NCBI GenBank assembly: GCA_043810925.1 | Contig: JBDRNT010000171.1 | Span: 1 to 64,000, forward strand | Origin: Candidatus Eiseniibacteriota bacterium | Lineage (GTDB): Bacteria; Arandabacterota; Arandabacteria; Arandabacterales; Arandabacteraceae | Direction of reading: 5' to 3' | Length of the DNA stretch: 64,000 nucleotides | Shown here: positions 17,251 through 26,876 of the stretch, piece by piece | How the letters are laid out: each line of letters opens with the position of its first letter | Numbering within the stretch: position 1 is the stretch's first letter | Notes under the pieces: model-generated | The model's input: only the letters and a program-made list of their open reading frames with translations | Databases searched by the model: none | Told to the model about the DNA's origin: nothing | Program-made: the position numbers and the translations under genes

Positions 17251-19106
17251 TGATCGAACTGGCTTGTCTCGTTCTCATCTATCTATTGGCGACTGGTCTG
17301 GGAAAGATGACGCTACGCTACTTCGGCGTTTCCTTTGAGACCTGGAAGGAGGAGTCCATCTTTTCGATCGGTCTGGGACTGGGGCTTCTGGCATATGCCG
17401 TGTTTGCCGTCGGTATCCTGGGCATTCTTTACACCTGGGCGGTCTGTGCGGTGCTTGTGGTTGCTGCGATCGCATGCCGGCGGGAGCTAAAGCATACGGT
17501 AATGAGGTTGCCCGGACTCTTTCGCAACCTCAAACCGGGGACGCGTCCCAGGGTCATCCTTGCCTTGACCGCCGTAGTGGTGGTATGCATAGCGATGAAC
17601 TCCCTGGGAACACTGGCGCCCGTCAGCTCGATGGACGCCCTGGCTTACCACTTCGCAGCCCCCAAGGTCTACATTGAGCACCACAAGATTATCGAGACCC
17701 CCTGGTTACACTGGCATTCCTACCAGCCGTTCACGGTGCAAATGCTCTTTACCCTTGGGATGTTGCTCCGAAACGCCGCGCTGGGGTCGCTGTTTCATTA
17801 TGGATTCGGGGTTCTCATTGCCGCAGGGATCGCGGTGTTCTGTCTCCGTTATTTTCCGGGAAACACCTCCCTCCTGTCGGTGGCGATCTTCTATACAACC
17901 GGTCTCATGACCTGGCAGGCCACATCCGGTTTCATAGATCTGGGGCTTGCGTTTTTCGCGTTTCTCGCGGTCTTCGGATTCCTCCGGTGGCTGGAGACAA
18001 GCCACCGGCACTGGTTGGCGTTGTCGGGCGTGTTCGCCGGCTTTGCCGCGGGATGCAAGACTACGGGTGGAGTGGTCGTCGTTGCACTGGCGGCCATGCT
18101 CATCTGCCGTCTGATGCTTGTGAAAGGAAGATCTGTCTCAAGCGCAGTCAGGGATGTGGGGGTCTTTGTGAGCCTGGCAATCCTGATAGCCTCGCCATGG
18201 TACATCAAGAGCCTCGTTCAAACCGGTAATCCTGTTTTTCCTTTTCTCTATACCATCTTCGGGGGCAAGAACTGGGACGGCGAGGCGTCCGCAACACTTC
18301 GAGGGGCCCTGAGGGTCTACGGCTTCGGCTACGGTATCAAGGAGTTGATCATGGCACCCTGGAACATCACGCTCCGGGGGGAGTCGTTTGACTATGGGCA
18401 GTTGGTCGGACCGCTCTATCTTTCCTTCATACCGCTGTCGCTTCTTTATATCAGGAAGAGCATGGTTATCAGGACCCTGCTGATCTTCTGCGGTCTCGTC
18501 TTCTGCGTCTGGTTCAGCCAGTCCCAGCAGATCAGATTTCTGCTTCCCGTCCTGCCGTTCTTGAGCGTGATAGCGGCATGGGTGATTGTGGATCTCCTCG
18601 GAAAGGGTCGATTCCTCAAGTACACCGTGGCTGTGGTTGTCGGGTTGTTCCTGCTCTTCGGTACGGGGCTCAATCTGATTTACAACTCACAATTCCTGCC
18701 CGTGGTCTTCGGTCTTCAACCGGAAGATGAGTTCCTTGCCGAGAAGACCTGGTTCTACGAGGACACGAAGTATATCAACGAGAACATCCCTGAAGACAGC
18801 AAGGTGCTGGCGGATCTGCGCGGAACCTACTACCTGGACAGGGACTTCGTCCCATGGGGCTATGTCGAGGTCGGGGAGGATCCACGGGCGGCACTCGAGG
18901 CGCTTGGACGACACGGCATTACCCACATCTTTGTAGCCCACCAGAATCGCCTGAGGCAACTGGATGTGATCCGCGATAACCTCACGCTGATACGCACAAG
19001 TCAAACGACTGTTCTCGGTCACCGGACGTTCTGGCGGGATCCGAAAGCGGTAACCACTCATCTCTTTGAGGTCAAGAGAACAGCACATCACGCGATGGGA
19101 GCATAA
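17250..19106 (+). CDS. ArnT/PMT-like (GT-C) polyprenol-phosphate-dependent glycosyltransferase
   Basis: About 13 TMs; DALAYHFAAPK, IDLG, AAGCKTTG, PWYIKS..QTGNPVFP and QIRFLLP motifs. Confidence 0.75.
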   Translation: MIELACLVLIYLLATGLGKMTLRYFGVSFETWKEESIFSIGLGLGLLAYAVFAVGILGILYTWAVCAVLVVAAIACRRELKHTVMRLPGLFRNLKPGTRPRVILALTAVVVVCIAMNSLGTLAPVSSMDALAYHFAAPKVYIEHHKIIETPWLHWHSYQPFTVQMLFTLGMLLRNAALGSLFHYGFGVLIAAGIAVFCLRYFPGNTSLLSVAIFYTTGLMTWQATSGFIDLGLAFFAFLAVFGFLRWLETSHRHWLALSGVFAGFAAGCKTTGGVVVVALAAMLICRLMLVKGRSVSSAVRDVGVFVSLAILIASPWYIKSLVQTGNPVFPFLYTIFGGKNWDGEASATLRGALRVYGFGYGIKELIMAPWNITLRGESFDYGQLVGPLYLSFIPLSLLYIRKSMVIRTLLIFCGLVFCVWFSQSQQIRFLLPVLPFLSVIAAWVIVDLLGKGRFLKYTVAVVVGLFLLFGTGLNLIYNSQFLPVVFGLQPEDEFLAEKTWFYEDTKYINENIPEDSKVLADLRGTYYLDRDFVPWGYVEVGEDPRAALEALGRHGITHIFVAHQNRLRQLDVIRDNLTLIRTSQTTVLGHRTFWRDPKAVTTHLFEVKRTAHHAMGA

Positions 19107-19110
19107 ACCA

Positions 19111-20115
19111 ATGGCAACACAAGTTCTGGTAACAGGCGGAGCGGGTTACCTCGGATCGGTGCTCTGCGAACATCTGCTGGCCACGGGTTACAAGGTCACG
19201 GTGGTCGACAACCTGATGTATGGACAACACACCTTGTTCCATCTTTGCGCGAATCCGCATTTTGAGTTTGTACCCGGTGATGCCCGTGACGAGAAGTTGC
19301 TTTCGGGACTCGTGAAGAACGCTGACGTGCTTATTCCTCTGGCGGCGGTCGTGGGCGCGACGGCATGCGAGCGGGACCCCTGGCTGGCCATGGCGGTCAA
19401 TCTCGAGGCCATCCGGATGCTCAACAGGCTGCGTAGCCCGGACCAGCTGGTAGTCTTCCCGACGACCAACAGTGGTTACGGAACCCAGACAAGCGATGTG
19501 TTCTGTACCGAAGACACCCCGCTGGAACCCATCTCGCTTTACGGACGGACCAAAGTCGACGCGGAGGCTGATCTCCTGGGATCGCCCGGGGTGATTACCC
19601 TGCGTCTTGCTACCGTGTTCGGTATGTCTCCCCGGATGCGTCTGGATCTTCTGGTTAACCACTTCGTTTACGCGGCGGTCACCGATGGTTACATCGTTAT
19701 CTTCGAGCGGGAGTTCAAACGGAACTACATACACATACGCGACGTCGCAGAATGCTTCGTACACTGTATAGAACACGCCGACCGGATGGTGGGACGTCCG
19801 TACAATGCCGGTCTCGATGCGGCGAATCTCTCCAAGGAGGAGCTGGCACTCAAGATCAAACAGTATGTCCCGGACTTCTACACCCACTTCTCCGAAGTCG
19901 GAAGCGATCCCGACAAGCGCAACTACATCGTTTCGAACCAGAGGCTTCGTGAAGCCGGGTTCGAGGCACGGCGTTCGCTGGATGAGGGGATCAAGGAACT
20001 CCTGAAGGGGTACCGGATGATGGGACGCGCTCCCTTTAAGAACACCGGATGCGTGCGGGACATCCCCCGCCATGAATGCCTGATGTCAACAACCGGAGGT
20101 TCTCAGGGTGGTTGA
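19111..20115 (+). CDS. SDR resembling Campylobacter Cj1427 (GDP-heptose C4-dehydrogenase, WcaG)
   Basis: TGGAGYLG, IPLAAVVGA, FPTTNSGYG, YGRTK, RLATVFGMSPRMRLDLLVN, RNYIHIRDV and DPDKRNYIVSN match the Cj1427 signature as recalled; start 19111. Confidence 0.75.
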   Translation: MATQVLVTGGAGYLGSVLCEHLLATGYKVTVVDNLMYGQHTLFHLCANPHFEFVPGDARDEKLLSGLVKNADVLIPLAAVVGATACERDPWLAMAVNLEAIRMLNRLRSPDQLVVFPTTNSGYGTQTSDVFCTEDTPLEPISLYGRTKVDAEADLLGSPGVITLRLATVFGMSPRMRLDLLVNHFVYAAVTDGYIVIFEREFKRNYIHIRDVAECFVHCIEHADRMVGRPYNAGLDAANLSKEELALKIKQYVPDFYTHFSEVGSDPDKRNYIVSNQRLREAGFEARRSLDEGIKELLKGYRMMGRAPFKNTGCVRDIPRHECLMSTTGGSQGG

Positions 20116-20119
20116 GAAT

Positions 20120-20857
20120 ATGACCGGCTTGAGCGCCGCGATACTGGCAGGTGGGCTGGGGTCGAGGCTGAGCCCCGTCCTCGCCGGCCGCCAGAAGGTC
20201 ATGGCCGAGTTCGGGGGACAGCCATTTCTCGCTTACCTCCTGGACCAGTTGGCCGGTGTTGGTGTGCCCGATGTGGTGCTCTGCACGGGTCATCTGGGCG
20301 AGCAGGTGCGCGCTGCCCTTGGCGAGACCCACGGTCCATTACATCTTACGTATTCACAGGAAGCATCTCCCAGGGGTACGGCAGGCGCGTTGCGGAGGGC
20401 TCTGCCCCTTCTGAAGTCGGATACAGTGCTTGTCATGAATGGCGACTCTTTCTGCGAAGCGGACCTCGGGGCCTTCTGGACGTGGCATTGCGCACGGGAG
20501 GCGGAGGCCTCATTGCTGCTCGCGAGGGTGCCGGATACCGGGCGTTACGGCCGGGTCAGGGTGGATACCGACGGATTCATGCTCAGTTTCGGCGAGAAAG
20601 ACGGGACAACCGGACCCGGATGGATCAATGCCGGGATCTACCTGATCAGCCGCAGCCTGCTTGTCGACATACCGCCGGATCAGATGGTGTCCCTGGAACG
20701 GGCGGTGTTTCCCACCTGGATCGGCCGGCGTCTCTACGGCTACAGGTGCGAGGGCCGTTTTCTGGATATCGGTACGCCGGAGACATACGCGGCGGCAGAA
20801 CGTTTTCTTGAACCATACGCTCCGACATGCAGCGTAGGAAGGGAATGTAATCCATGA
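20120..20857 (+). CDS. hddC: D-glycero-D-manno-heptose 1-phosphate guanylyltransferase
   Basis: LAGGLGSRL, GTAGAL, NGDSF, INAGIY, FLDIGTPE; adjacent to gmhA/hddA. Confidence 0.85.
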   Translation: MTGLSAAILAGGLGSRLSPVLAGRQKVMAEFGGQPFLAYLLDQLAGVGVPDVVLCTGHLGEQVRAALGETHGPLHLTYSQEASPRGTAGALRRALPLLKSDTVLVMNGDSFCEADLGAFWTWHCAREAEASLLLARVPDTGRYGRVRVDTDGFMLSFGEKDGTTGPGWINAGIYLISRSLLVDIPPDQMVSLERAVFPTWIGRRLYGYRCEGRFLDIGTPETYAAAERFLEPYAPTCSVGRECNP

Positions 20858-21474
20858 GAGTAGGTACTGATTATCTCAGCAGGGTGCGTCAGCACCTGTT
20901 CGAAAGTGCGGAGGTCAAGTGCCAGATCGCCGAGACGTGCGTGGAGTCGATTGCGGCCGCGGCCAACCTGCTGGCCGACACATACCGGTCCGGCGGAAAG
21001 GTGCTCCTGTGCGGTAACGGCGGGAGCGCGGCCGATTGCCAGCACATGGCGGCCGAACTGGTCAACCGGCTGACGTCGGACTTCGAACGGCCCGGCCTTC
21101 CGGCGATTGCACTCACGACCGATACGTCCTTCATAACAGCATACGCCAACGATTGCATGTTTGAGGGCGTGTTCGAAAGACAGGTGCAGGCACTTGGAAA
21201 CCCGGTAGATACCCTGGTCGCCATAAGCACGAGTGGGAACTCGGCTAATGTGCTGCGCGCCATCACGGCAGCACAGTCGGCCAATATGCGAACCATCGCC
21301 ATCACCGGCACCGGCGGACGTCTCAATCGCGTCGTGGATCTGGCCATCTCCGTTCCGAGTACAAACGCACAGTGCATCCAGGAGGCCCATCTGGCGATCG
21401 AGCATATGCTGTGTCACCTGGTTGAGCGAATTCTCTTCGGTGACGAGGCCCACGGGGAGGATCCGGCTCTGTGA
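20854..21474 (+). CDS. gmhA: Sedoheptulose-7-phosphate isomerase
   Basis: CGNGGSAADCQHMAAEL, ISTSGNS, IQEAHLAIEH. Confidence 0.93.
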   Translation: MRVGTDYLSRVRQHLFESAEVKCQIAETCVESIAAAANLLADTYRSGGKVLLCGNGGSAADCQHMAAELVNRLTSDFERPGLPAIALTTDTSFITAYANDCMFEGVFERQVQALGNPVDTLVAISTSGNSANVLRAITAAQSANMRTIAITGTGGRLNRVVDLAISVPSTNAQCIQEAHLAIEHMLCHLVERILFGDEAHGEDPAL

Positions 21475-22541
21475 TTATAAGCAGGACACCCTTCCGGATT
21501 TCCTTCTTCGGCGGAGGAACGGATTACCCGGCGTGGTACCGGAAACGGGGAGGTGCCGTGCTGGCAACCACAATCGACAAGTATTGCTATCTCACGTGCC
21601 GATATCTTCCCCCGTTCTTCGAGCACCGGTTCCGTGTCGTCTATTCCGAGAATGAAAGATGCAAGGAGATCGATGACATCAGCCATCCGGCCGTCCGCCA
21701 TGTAATGCGGTATCTCGGCATGGAGCGTGGCGTGGAAATCCATCATGACGGCGACCTGCCTGCCAGGAGTGGAATGGGATCGAGTTCCTCCTTCACCGTG
21801 GGGCTCCTTCATGCCCTCTACGCGCTAAAAGGCTATATGCCCACAAGGTTGCAGCTGGCAATGGAGAGCATTTTCATCGAGCAGGAACTTCTGAAGGAGA
21901 CTGTCGGATCCCAGGACCAAGTGCTGGCGGCCTATGGCGGTTTCAATCACATATCCTTTCTCGCAACCGGCGAGATCTCGATCAAGCCGATCACCATCGC
22001 CAGGGAGCGTATCACTGAACTCAACTCGCATCTCATGTTGTTTTATACGGGGATCAAACGCACAGCCTCGAATCTGGCGGAAACCTACGTCAACGATATC
22101 GAGCGCAGGGAACGCCAGCTCGAAAAGATCGGCGACATGGTGGGCCAGGGCATCGCGATCCTAAACAGCACTCAGGATATCAACCACTTCGGTGAACTGC
22201 TGCATGAGACCTGGCAGGCCAAACGCAGCCTCGGCAAGAAGATATCGAACTCCTGTGTTGATGAGATCTACGATCAGGCAATTTCCGCGGGAGCCAAGGG
22301 CGGGAAGCTTACAGGGGCTGGCGGCGGCGGATTCGCCCTCCTCTTCGTCCCTCCTTCCCGCCGGGATAGCGTGAAGGCGAGATTGAACAAGCTGATCCAC
22401 GTACCGTTCAAGTTTGAATGCGCGGGAAGCCAGATCATCTTCTTCGATCTCGAACAGGACTACTCAGCGGAAGAGAAGATCCGCGCCGGCCAGTCGATCG
22501 AGGCCTTTAGAGAGCTCAGCCACATACAGGAGGACGCGTGA
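21471..22541 (+). CDS. hddA: Heptose-7-phosphate 1-kinase (GHMP family)
   Basis: RTPFRISFFGGGTDYP, DLPARSGMGSSSSF, GSQDQ, KLTGAGGGGF. Confidence 0.88.
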   Translation: MIISRTPFRISFFGGGTDYPAWYRKRGGAVLATTIDKYCYLTCRYLPPFFEHRFRVVYSENERCKEIDDISHPAVRHVMRYLGMERGVEIHHDGDLPARSGMGSSSSFTVGLLHALYALKGYMPTRLQLAMESIFIEQELLKETVGSQDQVLAAYGGFNHISFLATGEISIKPITIARERITELNSHLMLFYTGIKRTASNLAETYVNDIERRERQLEKIGDMVGQGIAILNSTQDINHFGELLHETWQAKRSLGKKISNSCVDEIYDQAISAGAKGGKLTGAGGGGFALLFVPPSRRDSVKARLNKLIHVPFKFECAGSQIIFFDLEQDYSAEEKIRAGQSIEAFRELSHIQEDA

Positions 22542-23539
22542 ACGATCATCTGCCCATAACCCGCGTACTTATCACGGGGATCGCCGGATCGGGCGGGAGC
22601 TATCTCGCCGAGCACATCGTCAACGATCACCCGGATGTCGAAGTCCATGGAATATCGCGGTGGCACAGCACGACGTCGAGCGATAACCTTGGCGCGATCC
22701 GTGACAGGATAACGGTGCACGAGGCCGACCTTCTCGATTTCGGATCGGTGCTTGGGGCGGTCCGCGCGGCAAAACCCGATGCTGTGTTCCACCTGGCAGC
22801 TCACGCTAACGTTCATGCTTCATTCGTGACCCCGAACACTGTACTCAGCAATAACATCATCGGGACGAGCAACCTCCTCGAGGCGATCAGACTGGAAGAC
22901 CTCGATCCCGTTATCCAGATCTGCAGTACTTCCGAGGTATACGGCCAGGTTGACCCGGAGAACGTCCCGATAAAGGAAGATACACCGATGCAACCGGCCA
23001 GCCCCTACGCCGTTTCAAAGGTCGCCCAGGACCAGCTCGGAAGGGTCTATTTCACGAGCTACAAGATGCGCATCATCCGCACACGGATGTTTGCATACCT
23101 CAATCCCCGGCGTACCGACCTGTTTGCGACATCGTTCGCAAGACAGGTGGCATGGATTGAGCGCGGACTCCAGCAGGAGCTTGTCCACGGCAACCTCGAT
23201 TCGGTCCGCACCCTGATTGATGTTCGCGACGCGATGCGAGCTTACTGGGAGGCCCTTCTCCACTGCCGGTGGGGAGAGGCCTACAACATCGGGGGTACGA
23301 CCACTATGACGGTCGGTGAGTTCCTGGAACGCCTGACCGCCATGAGCAGAGTACCGGTCCCGACACGCTGTGATCCCCGGTTGCTTCGCCCGGCGGATGT
23401 GACATTGCAGATACCCTGCACCGATAAGTTCGTGCGTGAGACAGGGTGGCAACCTGTCTACACCTTCGAGCAAAGCCTGGCGAACTTGCTTGACTACTGG
23501 AGGAAACAGGCGGATGCGGCAGCCGAGGCCGCTCTCTAA
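22538..23539 (+). CDS. GDP-sugar (probably heptose) 4,6-dehydratase, Gmd-like
   Basis: LITGIAGSGGSYLAE, HLAAHANVHASF, STSEVYG, PYAVSK, GNLDSVRTLIDVRD, LLRPAD. Confidence 0.75.
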   Translation: MNDHLPITRVLITGIAGSGGSYLAEHIVNDHPDVEVHGISRWHSTTSSDNLGAIRDRITVHEADLLDFGSVLGAVRAAKPDAVFHLAAHANVHASFVTPNTVLSNNIIGTSNLLEAIRLEDLDPVIQICSTSEVYGQVDPENVPIKEDTPMQPASPYAVSKVAQDQLGRVYFTSYKMRIIRTRMFAYLNPRRTDLFATSFARQVAWIERGLQQELVHGNLDSVRTLIDVRDAMRAYWEALLHCRWGEAYNIGGTTTMTVGEFLERLTAMSRVPVPTRCDPRLLRPADVTLQIPCTDKFVRETGWQPVYTFEQSLANLLDYWRKQADAAAEAAL

Positions 23540-23544
23540 GAGGT

Positions 23545-24507
23545 ATGAGAAACATGGCACTTCCGAAGATTGCACAGTTCTATCGCTCGCTCTACAGGAT
23601 TCGACGCGTGGAAGAGGAAATCATCAGGATCTACCCGACGGACAGGGTCAAGAGCCCCGTACACCTTTCGATCGGGCAGGAGGCGGTTTCCGTAGGAGTG
23701 TGTGAAGCCCTGCGCCAGGACGACGTGGTTTTCGGCACCTACCGGGGGCACGCTCTCTATCTGGCCAAGGGCGGCGATCTGAAGAAGATGATGGCCGAGT
23801 TGTACGGGAAGGTCACCGGCTGCGCCCGGGGCAAGGCAGGGTCGATGCACCTTGTCGATACCGCTTCCGGAATCATGGGGACATCTGCAATCGTTTCAAC
23901 CACCATTCCCCAGTCGGTCGGTTATGGTTACGCCCTGAAGGTTCAGGGCAGGGACTCGCTTGTGGCAAGTTTTTTCGGCGACGGGGCAGTGGATGAGGGG
24001 GCATTTCACGAAAGCATGAACTTTGCCGCCCTTAAACACGTGCCCGTCGTCTTCATTTGTGAGAACAACCTCTACGCCATTCACTCGCACTACCTCAACA
24101 GACAGCCGAAGGACAACATCTGCGAGCGTGTGCGCACGTACGGCATGCCCGCAGAGAGGATCGAGGGAAACGACGTCGTCAGGATCTACGACCGTGTAAA
24201 GGACGCTGCGAAGAGGATTCGCAGTGGAGCCTCCGGCCCCATGTTCTTTGAGTGTATGACCTACCGCTGGAGGGAGCACGTCGGGCCCGGCGAAGACTGG
24301 GATCTTGGCTACCGCGGTGAGGACGAGGCTAAGCAGTGGATCGAAGGAGACCAGGTCGACCGCCTGGGGGCAATGCTTGATCCCGAGGCGAGACGGCGTA
24401 TGGAGGCGGAGGTGGAGACGGAGATCCGTGAGGCTATTGAGTTTGCGGAACGGAGTCCATTCCCGGATGCAGAGGAACTCTACACAGACGTTTTCAGGGA
24501 GTGTTGA
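23545..24507 (+). CDS. TPP-dependent dehydrogenase E1 alpha-like subunit
   Basis: HLSIGQEA, GKAGSMH, TPP motif GDGAVDEG...ENN, TYRWREH. Confidence 0.9.
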   Translation: MRNMALPKIAQFYRSLYRIRRVEEEIIRIYPTDRVKSPVHLSIGQEAVSVGVCEALRQDDVVFGTYRGHALYLAKGGDLKKMMAELYGKVTGCARGKAGSMHLVDTASGIMGTSAIVSTTIPQSVGYGYALKVQGRDSLVASFFGDGAVDEGAFHESMNFAALKHVPVVFICENNLYAIHSHYLNRQPKDNICERVRTYGMPAERIEGNDVVRIYDRVKDAAKRIRSGASGPMFFECMTYRWREHVGPGEDWDLGYRGEDEAKQWIEGDQVDRLGAMLDPEARRRMEAEVETEIREAIEFAERSPFPDAEELYTDVFREC

Positions 24508-24508
24508 G

Positions 24509-25558
24509 ATGGAACGCACACTGACTTATGCCGATGCGATTCGCGAGGCGACCGAGCAGGAGATGGCGCGTGACCCTCGGGTGATTGTCATGGGTCTGGG
24601 TGTCGATGACCCAAAGGGCATCTACGGTACCACCCTGGGGCTTAGAGACGAGTTCGGACCCGAACGCGTCTTCGATACCCCGCTTTCTGAGGATGCGATG
24701 ACCGGCGTCGCCATCGGTGCTTCGCTCGCCGGACTCCGGCCGATCCATGTTCACCAGCGTATGGATTTCCTCCTGCTCGCCATGAACCAACTTGTCAACA
24801 TCGCCGCCAAGACAAGGTACATGTTTGCGGGGGCCGTATCGGTTCCGATCGTGGTCCGCGCAATCATCGGCAGAAGCTGGGGACAGGGTGCCCAGCACTC
24901 CCAGGCACTCCATTCATTGTTCATGCATGTCCCCGGTATCAAGATAGTCGCACCGACAACCCCCTACGATGCCAAGGGCTGTCTGATCAGGAGCATCAGG
25001 GAGCATGACCCGGTGATCTTTGTCGAGCACAGACTCCTGCACAAGTACCAGGAAGGTTATGTCGCCGAAGGTTCATACGAGGTCCCCCTTGGGAAGGCCC
25101 GCGTCCTCGTAGAGGGCAATGATCTTACCATCGTTGGGATTTCCCATATGGCGGTTGAATGCTTGAGGGCCCAGCGGTACCTCGAGGATGTCGGGCTGAG
25201 TGCCGAGGTGATCGATCCCGTTTCTTTGTGCCCGCTCGACATGGACACGATAGCAGCATCGGTACGCAAGACCGGAAGAATGCTTGTCGTGGACAACGGG
25301 TGGATCACCTGCGGGGCCGGCACCGAGATTCTCGCACAGGTGGTCGAACGCTTTCAGGGCCACCTGGATGTGCGCGTCCAGAGGATGGGGTTTGAGAGCG
25401 TGACCTGCCCAACCACGAGGAATCTGGAAACCGAGTTCTACCCGAATGCACAGACGATAGCGTCAGGAGCATATGCGCTGGTTCACGACAATCATGAGTC
25501 GTGGACGCCTGCGCATGAGGAAGCTCCGGAGATCCTTCAATTCAAGGGGCCGTTCTGA
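24509..25558 (+). CDS. TPP-dependent dehydrogenase E1 beta / transketolase C-terminal-like subunit
   Basis: RVFDTPLSE, GQGAQHSQ, DPVIFVEHR, EVIDP..L.PLD; start 24509 right after the alpha stop. Confidence 0.9.
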   Translation: MERTLTYADAIREATEQEMARDPRVIVMGLGVDDPKGIYGTTLGLRDEFGPERVFDTPLSEDAMTGVAIGASLAGLRPIHVHQRMDFLLLAMNQLVNIAAKTRYMFAGAVSVPIVVRAIIGRSWGQGAQHSQALHSLFMHVPGIKIVAPTTPYDAKGCLIRSIREHDPVIFVEHRLLHKYQEGYVAEGSYEVPLGKARVLVEGNDLTIVGISHMAVECLRAQRYLEDVGLSAEVIDPVSLCPLDMDTIAASVRKTGRMLVVDNGWITCGAGTEILAQVVERFQGHLDVRVQRMGFESVTCPTTRNLETEFYPNAQTIASGAYALVHDNHESWTPAHEEAPEILQFKGPF

Positions 25559-26811
25559 TGAAACAGCAAGACATGAAGTCCGGCGGCAGCGCCACCGCAA
25601 CCAGGGAGATCGCCGTCCCGTTCGGGACGATGTCGGTCCCCAGAAGAGCGAAGCAGATCATAGCCGAGGTCCTGACGACCCGGCGAATCTCGAGTGGCAA
25701 GTACGTCCGTGAATTCGAAAACAGATTCGCCGAGTTGCTTGGCGTCAAAGAAGCCGTCGCTGTAAGCAGCGGTACAGACGCAGACGTTCTTGCCCTGGCC
25801 GTGCTTCACGATTACGGGGCACAGCGGGGCGACGAGATCATCGTTCCCGCACTGTCCTTTGTGGCTTCGGGTAATGCCGTGTTCCACGCCGGTTTCACAC
25901 CGGTCTTCGTCGACATTGATTTCAACACCCTGAATATCGACCCATCCGGGATTGAAGCAGCAGTGACGGACAAGACACGTGCGATAATGCCGGTTCACCT
26001 GATGGGTAAACCCGCGGAGATGGATCTTATCAGGGACGTCGCCCGGAAGCATGATCTTCGCGTGATCGAGGATGCCGCAGAGGCTCACGGCGCTATTTAC
26101 AAGGGAGAGCCGGTCGGCACCCTTGGCGACATGGGAGCTTTCAGCCTCTACCTCGCACATATCATCACCACAGGCGAGGGCGGCGTTGTCGTAACCGACA
26201 ACGAGGATTATGCGCAGATCCTTCGCTCGCTTCGCTCTCACGGACGTGCCTGCAAGTGCAGGCAATGCACGATAAATACAACCTCGGGATACTGCCCGAA
26301 GCGGTTTCAGGGCGATCAAGGCGAAGACATGAGGTTCGTGTTTGAGCGTATCGGCTACTCGGCGAAGATGAACGAACTCGAAGCCGCACTTGGATTGGCC
26401 AACCTCGATATCTACGACGAGATTCTGAGCAGACGCCGCCGGAATCTCCAGTATGTACTTGAGCGATTCAAGCAGTTCGACCCTTATCTGACAACGATCG
26501 AGGAAGGGCCGGACGAGAAGATCGGCCCCCACGCCATCCCGATTGTCGTCGGGCGCGGGGCGTCATTTACACGTGAAGCGCTTGCCAACTGTCTTGAAGA
26601 GCACGGTATCGAGACACGCACCCTGTTCGCATCCATGCCGACCCAGTGCGCCGGATTCGCCCATCTTGGTTACCGGCCGGGGCAGTTTCCCAATGCCGAG
26701 TACATAGGCATGCACGGTATCCACGTCGGGGTTCACCAGGATCTTGGACGGGAAGAGATGGACCACGTGCTGGGGACAATCGGGCGATTCCTCGAGGACA
26801 ACCAGAATTGA
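25558..26811 (+). CDS. DegT/DnrJ-fold PMP-dependent 3-dehydratase (DdhC/E1- or ColD-like)
   Basis: SSGTDA, IEDAAEAHG; His at the catalytic Lys position (FSLYLAHIITTGEGG); Cys cluster GRACKCRQC...YCPKRF. Confidence 0.75.
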   Translation: MKQQDMKSGGSATATREIAVPFGTMSVPRRAKQIIAEVLTTRRISSGKYVREFENRFAELLGVKEAVAVSSGTDADVLALAVLHDYGAQRGDEIIVPALSFVASGNAVFHAGFTPVFVDIDFNTLNIDPSGIEAAVTDKTRAIMPVHLMGKPAEMDLIRDVARKHDLRVIEDAAEAHGAIYKGEPVGTLGDMGAFSLYLAHIITTGEGGVVVTDNEDYAQILRSLRSHGRACKCRQCTINTTSGYCPKRFQGDQGEDMRFVFERIGYSAKMNELEAALGLANLDIYDEILSRRRRNLQYVLERFKQFDPYLTTIEEGPDEKIGPHAIPIVVGRGASFTREALANCLEEHGIETRTLFASMPTQCAGFAHLGYRPGQFPNAEYIGMHGIHVGVHQDLGREEMDHVLGTIGRFLEDNQN

Positions 26812-26825
26812 AAGCAGCAGGCGGA

Positions 26826-26876
26826 GCCTTTCGGTATGCAAGCGAATGCCTCTCTTGAGCAAGCGGACCGAAGGGC
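26826..26876 (+). other. Intergenic stem-loop inside the operon
   Basis: GCCTTTCGGT (26826-26835) / ACCGAAGGGC (26867-26876). Confidence 0.4.

Noticed and set aside
24305-24508. Extended N-termini in the ORF track (also 11441, 19066, 27830, 37169, 39673, 42209, 45294, 54208, 56116, 57560)
   Set aside because: They overlap upstream genes or repeats, or lack an RBS; downstream starts with an RBS or stop-start coupling fit the protein families better
23545-25558. Housekeeping pyruvate/acetoin dehydrogenase
   Set aside because: No E2/E3 genes; embedded in a nucleotide-sugar cassette
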